In this document: piece after piece, positions 1-13,544 of the stretch
How positions within the stretch are numbered: the first letter of the stretch is position 1
Layout: the number at the start of each line of letters is the position of its first letter
Origin: Camelus ferus
Taxonomy: Eukaryota
Assembly: GCF_009834535.1 (NCBI RefSeq)
Contig: NC_045696.1
Span: 34,660,001 to 34,724,000 of the forward strand
Direction of reading: 5' to 3'
Length of the DNA: 64,000 bases
The notes under the pieces: generated by a model
Seen by the model: only the letters and a program-made list of their open reading frames with translations
Told to the model about the DNA's origin: nothing
The model's database searches: none
Translations under genes and position numbers: made by a program

Positions 1-457
1 AACACAGGGTATCAGCCGGCCTTGTTCTCATCTGGAGCGAGCATCTCCCCATAATTCCTGTTATTGGCAAAATTCACTTCCTTGTGGTTGTAGTAGAAAG
101 GTCCCCATTTTCATGTTGGCCATCAGTGGGCAGCTGTCCTTATCTCCATGAGACCATCTGCATTCCTTCTTAAGTGCCTCCTTCCACCCTTATAATAGCA
201 AGTCCTTCTCATGCCTCAGTTTACTCTGACTTCCTCTGCTGCCATCAGCTGGAGAAAGCTCTCTGCTTTAAAAGGTTCCTGTGATCAGATCAGGCCCACC
301 TGGAAGATCTCCCCATCTTAAAGTCAACTGCGCCACAGAGCATAACCTAATCACAGGAATGATACTGCCACCACATTCACAGGCTCTGTGGGTTACGGGT
401 GTGTGTGTATGTGGCAGGGGTTGGGGTGGGGTGCATTTTAGAAATTTTGCCTGCCAC
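1..457 (-). mobile_element. MaLR LTR remnant (MLT1D/MLT1E-like), truncated by window start
   Basis: Ends in 'ttagaaattttgcctgccaca', the reverse complement of the MLT1 start TGTGGYAGGCAGAATT. The internal 'ttctcatctggag' and 'gaggtccccattt'-like tracts are typical of MLT1. Confidence 0.65.
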
Positions 458-965
458 ACCTGTGTGATGTCAGCAATGGAATAGTGAGGGGTGGATCACA
501 GTGTGATCCAGTAAGAGAGACAGGCAGGATGGGATTGTTCTTCCTCCTGGAGCTGCGGTACACTGTTGTCTCATTTTCAATTGATTTAAATTAAAAACCA
601 AATGCATCAGAAAAGCGAAATACATTCTGTTTGCAAGACCAGAATGCCCTGATTAAACGAGAGTTAATAATGCAGGAATCAATCATCTTCAAAGAATTAG
701 AGTACAGTTCATTAGGATGACATTTAACAAAATGAATAGGGAGATGTTTTTGATAAATTTGAAGACAATGAAGCTACCAAAATCTTATGCAACTATTCTC
801 ATGATTCCAATAATCCATACATATTGGCCAAAGGATGGCAATGAGATAAAATAACTTACCATTCTTAGATATTTTCAGGGAGAAGCATAAGAATAAAAAT
901 CTTGGATTGCCATAATTTCCCATGGTTTAAGAGAAAAATAGTGAATTGGAAAATATTGCTTTCTT

Positions 966-1058
966 CTTTTTTTTTCTTTAATGGAGGTACCAGGGATTGA
1001 ACCCAGGACCTCGTGCACGCTAAGTGCACATTCTATCACTGAGCTATACCCTCCCCCC
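966..1058 (-). mobile_element. tRNA-derived SINE (camelid Vic-1-like)
   Basis: The minus strand reads GGGGAGGGTATAGCTCAGTGATAGAATGTGCACTTAGCGTGCACGAGGTCCTGGGTTCAATCCCTGGTACCTCCA plus an A-rich tail, with Pol III A and B boxes. Flanked by a 14-bp TSD with 1 mismatch: aatattgctttctt (952-965) / aatactgctttctt (1063-1076). Confidence 0.85.
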
Positions 1059-2294
1059 ATATAATACTGCTTTCTTAAGAAAGCTTTTCCTAATAAAATT
1101 AGTGGGCCTTTATAAGATTTCCTTACCAACATTTATATGTACTCCCTCACCTCCCTGCCCTACACATTGTGTTCTTATGAGTGCTATTTTAAAAGTCTCA
1201 TAGGAAATTTTTTTTTGCAACAAAACTTGGGCAGATTATGGTAATTATATAAACGATTATAATTCACAACAAAATTCCACATAGGACACATTCAAATGTA
1301 CACACATGATTCAATCTCCTGAATATGGCCTTTGGAGATGTTAATTTAATTATAAAATAAAATGTGAAATTACTAAAAAAAGTAAATCTGACTAAAAAAA
1401 ATGAGTAAATCTGTTTCTAGATTTAACCACAAATAGGTATCTTATTTTTTCTGCTTAGCAATGGATGAATAACTGATTTGAAAATTTTTAAGCTATTGAG
1501 CTGTAACTGAGTGAATTAAACCATTTCTATTTTATCATAGGAAATTCTGTGGTAACAGAAAAGGACAAAAGTTATTAAAAAGTTATAAGAGCTGGAAAAT
1601 TACAGACTGGAAGAGACTTATAGTGTGTGTCATGTATTTTGATGTAAAACTAATTTTAATGAGATTCAATTTATTATTTCTAAGGAATATTGTATAAGCA
1701 TTAGTTTTTTTTTTAATTTAATATTGTTATCATACTGGCCCCTACAAATCTAGCCTGATTGTCATCTATGAATCTCTCCCTAGAGTATTAAAGCCAAATT
1801 ATATTATAAATTGGTAACATTAATTATGCCATGGAAAAACAGAACCCTTTTCCTTCTTAAGTAGGAATATTTTTTAATTTTAATTTCACAGGTCAATTTT
1901 TGTTCTTATCATAATATATGATTCCATGAATATATTCTTATTCATGAGAAATTTTATTCAATTATCTCATTAAAAAATGCTATGTGAATCAAATTTAATG
2001 ACTTATCAGCATATATAATTCACTTTTAGTTTAGAATAAACCATATGTACAGAAAAGCTCATTAATCAGAATGTCATTAATTCAAAATGTGTAAATATTC
2101 AACTTGTACTAATTGGAATTAACCTTTATATGATCTGTAAAGAGATAATTAAGACACATTTTAGTTTTATACAGAGCAGGCATTGAAGCAAGGGAAATGT
2201 GTAGCCTGATATAAAAATAAAAATTTTTCCTTAGTTCTTTTATATACTACTACCTTTCAGAATATTTAAGTAACTTTCAAAATGTGTAACTTTC

Positions 2295-3700
2295 ATCATT
2301 CACTCATCCAATAATTAAATGCTGATTGAGCACCAACTATATTCCAGGCACAGTACCAGAGATAATAATGATAATAGAAATACCAATGGAAAATATTTAT
2401 TGAGCAGCTGCTTTGTGCCAGACTTTTTGCTAATCTCTTTACATGTATAATTTCATTAAGTTCTTACCACAGCCCTATTAGACAGGTATTGTTATTATTG
2501 TCCCACATTTTTTGTGATAATGGGACTGGAGCATAAGAGATTAAATAACTTGCCCAAAGTCATAGCTGGTTCTACATCCAGAATATACACCAGGTCGTCT
2601 GACTCCAGAGCAAAAAATTATCACTAATATATCAGTGCTACTGATAGAAAAGCATAGTACTCCTGCCTTCATCACACTTACATCCTACTTACTGGAGATA
2701 ATATTAAAGAAATAAAATAAGAAAATATATAATGACAATTAGTAATCTGTTCTATGAAAAAACATGATAAGGAACCGTGGGAAGACTTATTTAGGTAGAA
2801 AGATGAGGTTGTCTCTGAAGTGATGGTATTTAAGCTGAGACTTTGAGTAGGGTGAGTGGGAGTTGGCCAGAACACAAATAGGAGGGAGGGAGGATGGCAT
2901 TTTCCATACGGAGAGATGAGTATGGAGAAAGATCCTATGGTGTTAAAAGCATGGTAGGTTGAGAAACTGAAAGTCAGCGAAGGAGAGAATGTTATGAAAC
3001 AGGATGAGGCAGAACTTTGTAAGATTTTAAGTTTTAAGTCCATTGGAAAATAATCCAAAGGTTTTCAATTTTTAAATCATTGTTCAGAATGTAATTTGAA
3101 GATCAGATTAGAAGGGGGAAGAAGGCTTTGGGGGACACCAATTAGGATGCTACTTCAGGAAATTAGGTACAAGAGAGTTTTGGCTTTGACTAGATTAGTA
3201 GCAGTAGGACTAAAGATAAATACAGGGATTTGACTAGTCAAAACAGTACTAGTACTAGTTAAAACAGAGGTAACAACTGATGTGGGTTGTATGTGGGGAT
3301 GGTGGTGGTGATGAGGAAGAGGGATGTGGGTGGAAAAAAGGGGAGGAAGTAAAAACACTGAGAAGAAACAGACAAACAGGAGGAAAACCAGATAGCATGG
3401 TGTCAAACAGCCCAGGGGAGAGAGTCTTTAAAGAAAGTGTTCAACTGTGTTTAAAAAACAAAACAAAACAACCCTTGGAAATCAAGAAAAATGATACTGA
3501 AAATTTTCCGTTATCTTTGCTAACATGGAGGTCATCAATGGCTTTTTCAAGACAAGTTTTAGTGCTATAATGGGAGCTAACACCAGATTAGATAGAGACA
3601 GTCAAGGAGTGAGTAGAGACAGCCTGGGTAAAAAATTCTTTTGAAACGGTTGATCGTCATAGGCAGTAACTAGAAAAAGCTATAAAGTCAATGGTTTATC
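2295..3700 (-). mobile_element. Decayed L2 LINE with a MIR inserted at about 2375-2620
   Basis: 'cattcactcatccaataa...attgagcaccaactatattccaggcac' is the reverse complement of the L2 3' end, followed by a purine-rich L2 body. The MIR core is 'attaaataacttgcccaaagtcatagctgg...tctgactccagagc'. Boundaries are approximate. Confidence 0.6.
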
Positions 3701-4330
3701 GACTGGAGATGGATTAAAGAGCAAATTATTTGCTATTTCTCCCATTTCTAATTTTCCTCCCCTTGATTTTGCGTTGGCTTTAGTGGCTTACTAACCAACA
3801 GAATGTGGCAAAAGTGGTATTCTGGGGCTTCTGAGGTAAGTCATTAAAAGCTTTGCAGCTTCTAGAGGGGCTTCTTGGCATACTTGCTCTTGGAGCCATG
3901 AACCATATCATGAAAAGTCTAACAACTGAGAAGTCCATGTTCTAAGGAAGCCCAGGCTATTCACAAGGAGAGGCTACATGAAGAGAGAGAGACCTGGACA
4001 GCCCCATCTGTTCCAGCCATCCCAGGACAGGGAATAGGACTTGAGTAAAGAAGTCATCTTGAACTCTGCAGCCTTAACAAATGCTAAGATGTGGAGAAGA
4101 ACTGAGAAACCCCGCAGCCCGCCAGAGATGCGATTCTAGACGTATGGCCTCAGTTGAGATTTTTAACCATCTCAGCCCAGCTGAGATAGTTATGGAGCAG
4201 AGACAAATCACTCCCACTGTGCTTTGCCCAGATTCCTGATCCACCACATAATGAGCATGATAAAATAGTTACCATGTTATGTTACTAAGTGCTGGGGAGG
4301 TGTTTTCCACAATAACAGATAATTGGAACA
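3700..4330 (+). mobile_element. MaLR LTR (MLT1G/H-like)
   Basis: 'aaccaacagaatgtggcaaaagtg', 'aaggaagcccaggcta' and the terminal 'aataacagataattggaaca' match MLT1 LTR architecture. Confidence 0.6.
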
Positions 4331-4654
4331 ACCATACGCACAGTAGAAGTTGTTCAATAAATATTCATTTAATTGAATAGCACAATTCACAAAAATTCTG
4401 TGTATTTAAATTTTTACAGACACTCATGTCAAAACTGGACATATAATTATGTGCAAGTTAAAAATTTCTTAATATAATTCAGCATTTCAATCATTTAACT
4501 GCTCATTTGCCTTACTAGTCAAAATTACTGAAAACTTTTACATTCGTAAAGTATTTACACCCAAATTATTTAAACGTCATGTATATTTCAAGCAACTTTT
4601 TTTAATCCTCTAATTTTTAAAATGGTTCCTCACTGATTTGATATATACTTACTT

Positions 4655-4860
4655 TGTTCCAAGCATTATTCTAAGGGCTTAGGTGTATCAGATCATTTAA
4701 GCTAAGAACAACTATGCCAGGTAGGTATGACTTTTACCTGCATTTTCCAGAAGAGCAAACTGAAGCACAAAGAAATTAAATAATATTGTCAAGGTTATAC
4801 AAAGAATAAGTGACCAAACAGAGAACTTGAATCCAGGCAGTCACAAGCTCCAGAGCTTGT
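4655..4860 (-). mobile_element. MIR SINE
   Basis: MIR core 'cattttccagaagagcaaactgaagcacaaagaaattaaataatattgtcaaggttatac'. Confidence 0.6.
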
Positions 4861-6730
4861 GTTTTTACCTGCTCAAATATGACAAAAGGCTGCCCGATTA
4901 CATTAAAGCAGGGATAGTCCTACCTCTCCCCTCGGCCCCTGTGTTGTTTGAGTCCTTTCTTCTCAACTTCCAGTTGAGAAAGAATATGGTAATTGGCATG
5001 CTTGACTATCAAGACAGGAGGAAAGTGAAGGAAAGTTCTGGAACTGAGAGCACTACCCAGACTTCATGTAACAGTGAGAGCTTTCAGGGAAGAAGGTGGT
5101 TGCTCAGAGGGATGAACCAAGGAAGCTTCTTCTTTCATATCTCAGCCTAGATCTGACCCTCACCTCTTCCTGCACTCAGGAGACTGAGGTGTTAAGCCTG
5201 ATGCATTTAAGATCTCATATCTGTTCAAACATAAAATCTGTAAGCCCACTTTTACTTGGTTTCCTATACGTTTTAACTATGTGTTAAATGAGATCTGAAT
5301 ATTGTCACACAACCAAATAGTACTTAATTGTGACGCTTTGAAGTCTTGCAAATACTCAACCTAACATTCAATATTTACGAATAAATATAAACCCCTTTTC
5401 TCTCAAAGTAGGCATAATTACTGAAATAATTGTGCTAAACTGTTCTTCAGGAAGGTTTTGGCAGCTTTCGAATATTCCTCAGCAATAATATCCCACATCA
5501 GCCTTCAAGGAAATGACACTGGCCTGCTGTCAAAGCTTTGTGATGTGTTACGCAGAAATATGACTCTCACTGGTGAATTCTTGTAACTTTCTCTAAATGG
5601 ATTATTTCCATCATATGTTAGAGGTGACTACTGATTCAGCTGGCAGGAGAAAATTTTTTAGCAGGAAAAGCAACTTGAAATTTTTCTTTTTTGTAGGTTG
5701 ACTTTATCCCATTGAAAGTGACAGTATATGAAGTTAAAATATCTTTTTAAAAATGAAATGATGTATAAAATACAATATCTGTAACCCCATACATTTACTT
5801 CTTTTTGTAGGTAAGAACACTATTCACCAAATAGTGTTTTCAATTATGTTTCAGATTAAGCAAATGCAATTTCTAGAATAATAACATTGTGACCAACAAC
5901 ATCCTAGCCATCAAGTATGCTTTTGGTAAAACTCCCTCTGAGTGGGGACAGAAGGTATGGTTATAAACCTATGAGGTGGTCAATGTGAATAAGGAGGAAA
6001 CAGGGCATGGAAGAGGAAGATGAGGGCACCCAAGACAGGCACCCAGATGACTGTACAAGAGAGCAAGTAATACAAGGAAAAGCCAGGGTCTGCAGAGGGC
6101 TAGGACGATAGTGGATGCGTAATGAAATAGTTTCTGGAGACTCCTGTAAGAGAGGATTAGAAAAAAATTTTTTTTTGATGGGTACTTGAAGTTTTCTCTC
6201 ATTCTTTTATCATATCAAAGATAAACATCTTCCCTTCCTAGACTAAGGCTTCAGTTTCTAGACAGGGGTAATTTTCACATTATGAAAAACTTTTATAGAA
6301 TCTTCTAACTCAACTACTTAAACATTCTGCTCTCTGGTTCTTCTTTCAGATGCCTTTTCTATTGTTATTATGTTTCAGAGACCATTTTCTTTTATTTTTT
6401 AGGAGAAAATAGCCTCTAGGTTTCTGCCATTCATTTCCTGACCATGACACAGAAGGCATTTTCAAGCCACTGAAACAGAAGACACAGGGTAGCACACACT
6501 GTTGGTTGTCTGCCCAAGTCCAATCTCCATCTTCTTCCTGAGGGCAGAGCCCTGACTGGCCTTGGGGGGGTCATGTGTTCTGGAAAGGAAGCTCCTTTTC
6601 AGCTCTAGGAGGGCTAAATCTTGATTAGTCTAAGCCAAATATGGTGATTAATTCCATCCAGTTATTGGTTTAGGCACGTGCATGTCATGCACTTCTGGCC
6701 AGGGAGATACGAGGGGAAGTCATCTGGGGC

Positions 6731-7495
6731 CGTGTCAGTTCTGAATTTATTGCCTCTCAGCTCTGAACGCACCCTTGGACATATGCTCTATGATAAATAA
6801 TGGAATTCCTGTAACTGTTTCCCCTTTAAAGTGAGTATAATGTCAAGCTTTTCCAGTAGAGGGCGCTGGAGAGATATTGTTGGAGGAAGAGGCTTCTACA
6901 ATTTGCAACCTGAGCTGCGGGTTTGGGGACATTGGGTGAGACCTGCCCGGGCCACAGGCCCAGGACAGGATCTCTCTGTGACCTTGTAGCCTCAGGCTGG
7001 CCATAACCTATCTGATCTGCGTGCAGCTGCTACCTAGGACCCAAAGGGTGGGGCATGGGAGGGGGAGAATCCATGAAGAAAGCTCCCTCTGCAAGCATCT
7101 CCCTGCCAACCCTGCCCTTCGAAGATTTTCATTACCTCCCTTTCCTCCACCCAATACAAGGGAGCCCAGACCCCTGCTGGACACCCACACCATGGGGGTC
7201 AGACCCCCTGCTCCCCAGCCTGCACTGGGCAGGGCTGCCTGTGATTTGATCAGCAACCCCAGATGGGCGCAGGTCTGACTAAACTAACCAACTTCCCTGC
7301 TCTCCTGCGGCTGAAGCACGCCTTCTTCAGCAAGGTCAACTCCTCGAGTACTCTCCCTTAGTCCTAGCGTCTCATATAGAGGTTCCTTACATCTCACAGT
7401 TATTGTTTTATTGCAGTTAGTAATTCTTGTATTAACCTTCCTGTGTTTCACCTACTATGTGATTTCTATCTTTTGATTAAGTCCAGACTGCTGCA
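6731..7495 (+). mobile_element. ERVL solo LTR (LTR41/LTR33 family)
   Basis: Starts '(c)gtgtcagttctgaatttattgcctctcagctc', contains 'agtagagggcgctggagag' and ends 'tgattaagtccagactgctgca'. The flanks ggggc / ggggg fit a 5-bp TSD. Confidence 0.6.
6853..6868 (+). promoter_or_regulatory. CTCF core motif
   Basis: CCAGTAGAGGGCGCTG matches the CTCF consensus CCASYAGRKGGCRS. Binding is not demonstrated. Confidence 0.55.
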
Positions 7496-10084
7496 GGGGG
7501 TTTCTGGGACACCATGTCTTCACTCAAAAGAGCAATGAATTTATGCTTCATTTTTCTGCCTCTGAATGTTAACCCATGTCACCCCTGGAACTTCAGCAGT
7601 CATTTTTGGCCAATGGGAAAAGACAAATGAAAAGAACCTGGATTTTTGATGACATCATTGTGCTACTGATTTAACCAATCTTGGTATGGTGCTACCTGCA
7701 GAATTCTTATGTGAGGTGCAGTCAAAAAATCACCTCTTATTTAGGTTGAGATTCCAATTACTTGTAGCACAAAGCTGTGCACAGAGATATATAATATTCC
7801 CTTGTTTAGAGTCATCATTATTCTAAAGGTTTCTTTTTTTTTTTTTTGCCACATTGTCTCTTGGCAATCCTAGGTGATGACATCGACTGTTACCTTTTTG
7901 AGTCATTAGGTTGTACTACTCATCTTACTTAACAGATTCACTGTTACAACTCATAAGATGTTTAGTTTCCTTTTCACTGTTACACATACTCAAGTCCCTT
8001 ATTTCATAAAATTATATAGGCATTTTAAAAAAAGGTTTAGTTTTCTTTTCTGATTATGCTGAGTTTCCATCAGTTTTTATGACCAAAAATCTGTTGACAT
8101 GAAGGCCCAGTGTGTTATTTTTTGGAGGGCTAAAACACTTCTTAAATGTCAGTCCTGTCTCAGAAACCTAGAATAGTCTTCTCCTAGAAAGCAGACACTT
8201 CAGCAGGCTTGGAAGTTCTCTACAGGAAGGCAGCTGTGTATAATGCTTCGTTAGAAGTCCGTATTTAGAATTAATATAGACACATAAAAGAAAAGAAAAA
8301 AAAAAAAAAGAAAGAAATACAGCACTCTGAAGTCTGTTGTCTCAAAGCGCCTGTGTCCCATAACAAGTACTTACAAATTTCACCCTTGATTAAAAGGAAC
8401 TCTTTCCTGAGTCGGGTGGGCTGCAGGGAAGAAACTGGCCACATGGCTTTTGCAAATGTATTCTGCTCATTGCCCTGTCCTCGCACAGCTACACTGCTCT
8501 TTATTTTCAATGTGTGGTTACTGGGGTTTCCTTTGCTTACTGTGACTTCTCTGAGGCTTCCTTCAGAAACATGTCCAGCACTTTAGGTATCACCAGTCCA
8601 GTCTAGTTGGAGCCAGTGATTACAACTCTTTCTGTGGAAGAACAAAGGTCTTAAAAAATTCATCCATCCCACTAGACCCAGTCCACTTACTCATCCCTCC
8701 CTCCCATGCATAAGGTAATGCATTGGATTATCGCTCTCCTGTCTCTTAATGCTGATCTTCTCTATGAGCTGCTTCTTTTTTCCTCTTGTTTTTCTTCACA
8801 AAGTGGCTCACCCCACACTCCTTTAGAGTGCTGCTGCTTTTCTCAGCTTTGGGAGACCTAGCATCCCTGAATCCCTCTGCAGACAGATTTGGTGGCCTGC
8901 ACGAATATATTTCCAATTTGCATACACCTTCTTGTGAATAATGATGTACATGGTTTTGCATGGAGCTACCGAGGTAGCCTGGCTACTACTAAAATTCATC
9001 ACTGCCTTACTCACAGGAAAGGAGGCTCAGACTTTCAATGTGGACAATTAACCTTTTGGTGTTTGCTTCAAAAGAAACAGGACTCAGGATTTAGATAAAG
9101 TTTGAGGGGCAGGAGGAAAAACTGAACTTCCTTTTACTGCCCACCTTCAATGCTCCTCCCCTGCAATTGCTAAGGATAGCTGTTAGTCTAATAAAGTGAA
9201 GGTGAGACCCTGGATATCTAGTGGAGGAAGGTGAGAGAAGGAGCCCCTCAACATGGGCTGTAAACCCCAGAAACCAGAACCCCTCACCTGGCCACCTGTA
9301 GGTGGTGGTATCCTCTCCATTTCCGTCCCCAACGCTGCAATACAAAATGCTCGTAGCTGATGACCTTCTGATCAGAAAATGTCTTGATATTTGATATTTA
9401 AAAATCAGAAAAATAAATATCAGAGAAATAACTCTTTGAAAGTCATGGACATCTCCAAAGATGAAACACTAAACTCAGGAGCTGTATTTGAGAAGCTATT
9501 CATTTTTATAATGGGGAGCAAGGAGCCTGAAAATTAAAAATCAAGAGTGTAGTTCCCATTTGTGAATTTATTGAAAGGCCTGCCTTTATTCTTGCAGAGT
9601 TCTTGCTTCTGTTATCTTATATACTTTCTTCTTTGGAAGGAAATGAAGAACTCCTAAAATGATCCTGAAGATGGGTCTCTGTTGCCTCACTCTACATGTC
9701 CTGTCTCACTTCCAACCAGAACTGAATGGTGATGAGTTAAATGAGGACGGCTGCTCTTGCCCTGTATCAGTGCACGTCCCAAGTGGTCCTGACTCCTCAC
9801 ACCTCAGCACGCCTATCCTGAAGCTCCTCTGATCTACAGGACAAGAGACTTCCTCACATCCCACCTCCCTTTATACTAGGGGTGACATAATTTTATCCCA
9901 ATTGTGCCTCAGTTCCTTAATAAGGTATTTATTAACGCTTGATTTATCAACTGTCAACTCAAAATTTTACATAGCATTCCCAAATTATTTTTTATGTCTA
10001 GGAATTTAACCTAAAAGTTATGAATATATATAAAAATTTAGCTACAGGGTATTTACCATAAAATTAGAAAAGGCTATGTGTGTG

Positions 10085-10087
<3 letters not shown>

Positions 10088-10119
<32 letters not shown>
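10088..10119. repeat. (CA)n microsatellite
   Basis: Uninterrupted CA run, preceded by a short (TG)n. Confidence 0.95.
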
Positions 10120-10121
<2 letters not shown>

Positions 10122-13100
10122 ATACACTCATACATATGGAATATATCTGTATACAGCATATATGTTTACCAGTCCTTAATCCTGTTGCTTTTGAAAAACA
10201 TTTACTAAACTAAGAAAATACTTATTTTTAAGTGTCAAATCAAGTTCAAAAGTGAGAACTGTATGCTCTGTCTGTATCTTCTTACATCATCTGTGTCTAT
10301 ACATGCCATATCTATATCCACATCTACACCAGCTACTTATTTATTAGCTTTATCACCTTCACCATCTGTCTCTTCTTCCCCCCACCATCTCCTCCACCAC
10401 TCTTCCACCCTCCTTCCCTCTTCTACTCACTAAAATCTTAAGAATGTTACTATTTTGGAGTTAAGACTATGGCTAGTTTATATTTTCCTCTTCCTTTTTG
10501 CCTGTGTTTTACACTTTTTCTGTAAGAACTGTATATAATCTGGCTCGCTCTGTGACTCCTACATGACTTCCTGTAATGACTCATGTTTCTAACTTCAGAA
10601 GCCTCAGAAATATTCTTAGCTATAAAGATTACAATATAAAAGACCATTCTGCCTCAATTATTAGTGGTTTCATATGGTTTGACTGGTTCTCAGTTTGCAC
10701 AGACTCTAAGAGCTGGAAAAACCTTAAAGGTTATCCAAACCTGTCCCTTATCTTACGGCAAGTAAACTGAAACCCAGAGAGGCTGACACTCAACCATGAA
10801 GTCACAGAGTTGATGGTGAATCCAAGACCTTCATTATACAATGGCTTGAAAACAATATGAACTTGTTTGAAATTTCAGTGTTTTACTTTAGTGGCTGTTG
10901 GAAAACATACATACCTAATATGTACCTGCTTCATGATGTCAACAGGGTTGGCATCTCTAAGACAGAATATTTAAAATGGGAGAAAAAAATCTTAATTCCA
11001 AAGTAAGTGTGACAAATTTAGATGTGCTGTGCTCAAAACAGCTTCAAATTATGAGTTTACTATTATTTCATTTTGAAAGGGGAACTCATCAAAGATGTCC
11101 ATTATAAAAAGAAACACTTCCTGAAGAAACTATGCTAATGAAGCTCAAGCTGTAACTTTTACCCCTAAGAAATGAATATCAATATACCAATATATCCTTC
11201 CAGAAATTACTTTTTAGATCAAAATTTATTGTAAAAATCAAACAGAAGATTAAAATAATTTTTATGCTTCTCATATAGGTATGTGGGTGAAAATAACTAT
11301 TGTCATAGTTAGACTATAGTAATAGCTTTATTTTGCTTGAGCTACATTTTTCATCTTTGAGCAGAGAACTTCTGTGCATCCTACCTTCCTCCTACCACCC
11401 AACACACACAAATTGACAATCTAGATGAGACAGTGCTCTGTAAAATTGCACCGGAGAAATTTGCAACAACCTCCATTTAAGCTCCTGGTTCCCTGATTCC
11501 TCGTTATCTGATCTGGTTCAGTCTGGCATGTTGTTTGTGTTTATACAGCATAATAAGACATCTGCTGCCCACCAGAACCCATCATGATCTGTGGCACTTC
11601 CCAGCTGACTGCCATCCTATTTATATTAATTGAACACAGTGTATTCTGCATACACTGCTGATTACCCTCATTTATTTCAGTTCCTAAAGACCCAGGATTT
11701 CTCTTCATGCCCTTACAACATCGCTCTACTCATTTGGCTCCAATTAGCTTCAGCTAACAAAAATACATTACAACAAAGTTCTAGTTAGCCATTGTGATTT
11801 CTAATGACATAATTTGTGAGTTTTTAGCCCTTGAAAGTAAAGACATTGGGAATTAAGTTATAGTATCTTCCATGGGACTGAGAAATATTAATTGTAGGCA
11901 TCTGGGCTCACTTCCTTAGAGAAGATTTGTGATTTCTATTTAACTAATAGATGTTGACATAATTGAAAAGCTATAAGCTCCATATGCTGGACTTTCTGAA
12001 GAATTTCTGATTATACCTTTGTTCAGTTAAGTAAGAAAATACTTCGGCATTAGCACTATATCATGGTTTATTTGCACTAATTATTTTATAATTATATTGA
12101 ATGGTTAGAGAACTCATCCAAAGAGCTTCTTTAAGAATATATTAAAAGATGCAAATTTATCCCAACACTATAAAAAAGTATCATTAGTTTAGTGAATAGT
12201 CATATATTTTAAACTTCAGTTTTTCTTCTCAATGAACTGATTTTTCCATTCCAGTGTACTATTTTAGCTCCAGAGTCTGGGATCAGACTCTAATATTTTA
12301 TGTTTTATAGTCTTTGCAGTGACTTTTTAAAATAATGATGATTACCTCAAAGAATCTTTTTAGATGTAAACTAGACACTTGAAAAAAATTAAGAGTGGAT
12401 CACAATAGATTCTATAACAAATTAAATTCCTTACTCTGTATTAATAAGAAGGTTATAACCAAGAAGTTCAACAATTTTCCTGTCTCTTTGAGTAGGTGTT
12501 TGCATATTGCATAACTGTCCTTCACGGTATAAAATCTGGGTTTTGATCTGTTTTGAAATATAATCAATTATCATATACTAATTTGAGGAAATTTCACTGC
12601 TAAATTATAACCTCAAGGAAAAAGTCTTTCTACTTATCACTCCTTTGAAAGTTTTAGTTTTTAAATGGTGTTCTCATTGTATTTTATGTTTGTTTTCCCC
12701 TCCCACCCCAAACTTAAAAAGACAAAGCCAATCACAGTCAAATACCATAAAAGCTGTGCTCCCATGGTTTTTGTGTAAAGTTAATAAAATAAATAAGAGG
12801 CAGCTGTGCATTTCAGGAACTCACTCTGTTGAGGGATTCTGGGAATACTGTAACCACAAGTGTGAAGCTGGAGTCAACAGAAACCCTCAATGGAATTAGA
12901 GCTCAATAAATCAAAATTTGCTCCTTTTTTACCTTTACAGTATAACTGAATTCTCTGTAGTACCTACTGCTATCTTTTTAATTATCATGGAACTTCTTGT
13001 TTCCTATTCTGGCAGGTTTGGATTTGGGGGAGATCTTTTGCTGTATGCTTGGTTGCAGTGGATCTCAAACACTTTGGGTCTAGGGACTGTGGCATGGTAA

Positions 13101-13544
13101 TAAATCCCTCTCACCTGCCAAGACCAACTAAGAGAGAGAGTGAAGATGAAAAACTGTGAAGCATTCTGGTAACATTTCATGGAGGTCTACAATGAATACA
13201 TCCATGCCAGATTGTTATATTGTACATGTTAAAGGGTCCATGGACTGGCACAGTCCACCTAGAAGACCCTGCACACTACTGAGCCTTGTAGTTGACTGAT
13301 AGGCTGTGAGTTACCATTTTTGACAACTGCTGCAATACAGTTATCATTCTTCTCTTTAACTTATGTATTCCTTGACAAACCTGGTGCATTATTTTTCCCA
13401 GGACTTCTTGTTCTTGTATGTCTCCCCCACCTCCATTTTCTTTTAAAGTAATAGAAAAATTGTAGTTTCTTTAATCAAGAAAACACTATGCAGATTTCGT
13501 CTAGCTAGGCTGATCAAACACACAAAAAAATATACATCAATCTA

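Larger units (their letters stand above)
6498..7785 (+). mobile_element. MaLR LTR (MLT1K/L-like) split by a nested ERVL LTR
   Basis: The 5' half 'ttgattagtctaagccaa...gttattggtttaggcacgtgcatgt...ggggaagtcatctgggg' resumes after 7495 as 'gggtttctggg...tttgatgacatcattg...attacttgtagc'. Confidence 0.55.

Noticed and set aside
854..913. Perfect minus-strand donor ATG|GTAAGT at 860/859
   Set aside because: No convincing acceptor or promoter upstream on that strand, and a lone donor motif is expected by chance in 64 kb.
983..1058. tRNA-like sequences here and at about 42784-42861
   Set aside because: A-rich tails, TSDs and mutual divergence show they are SINE copies, not tRNA genes.
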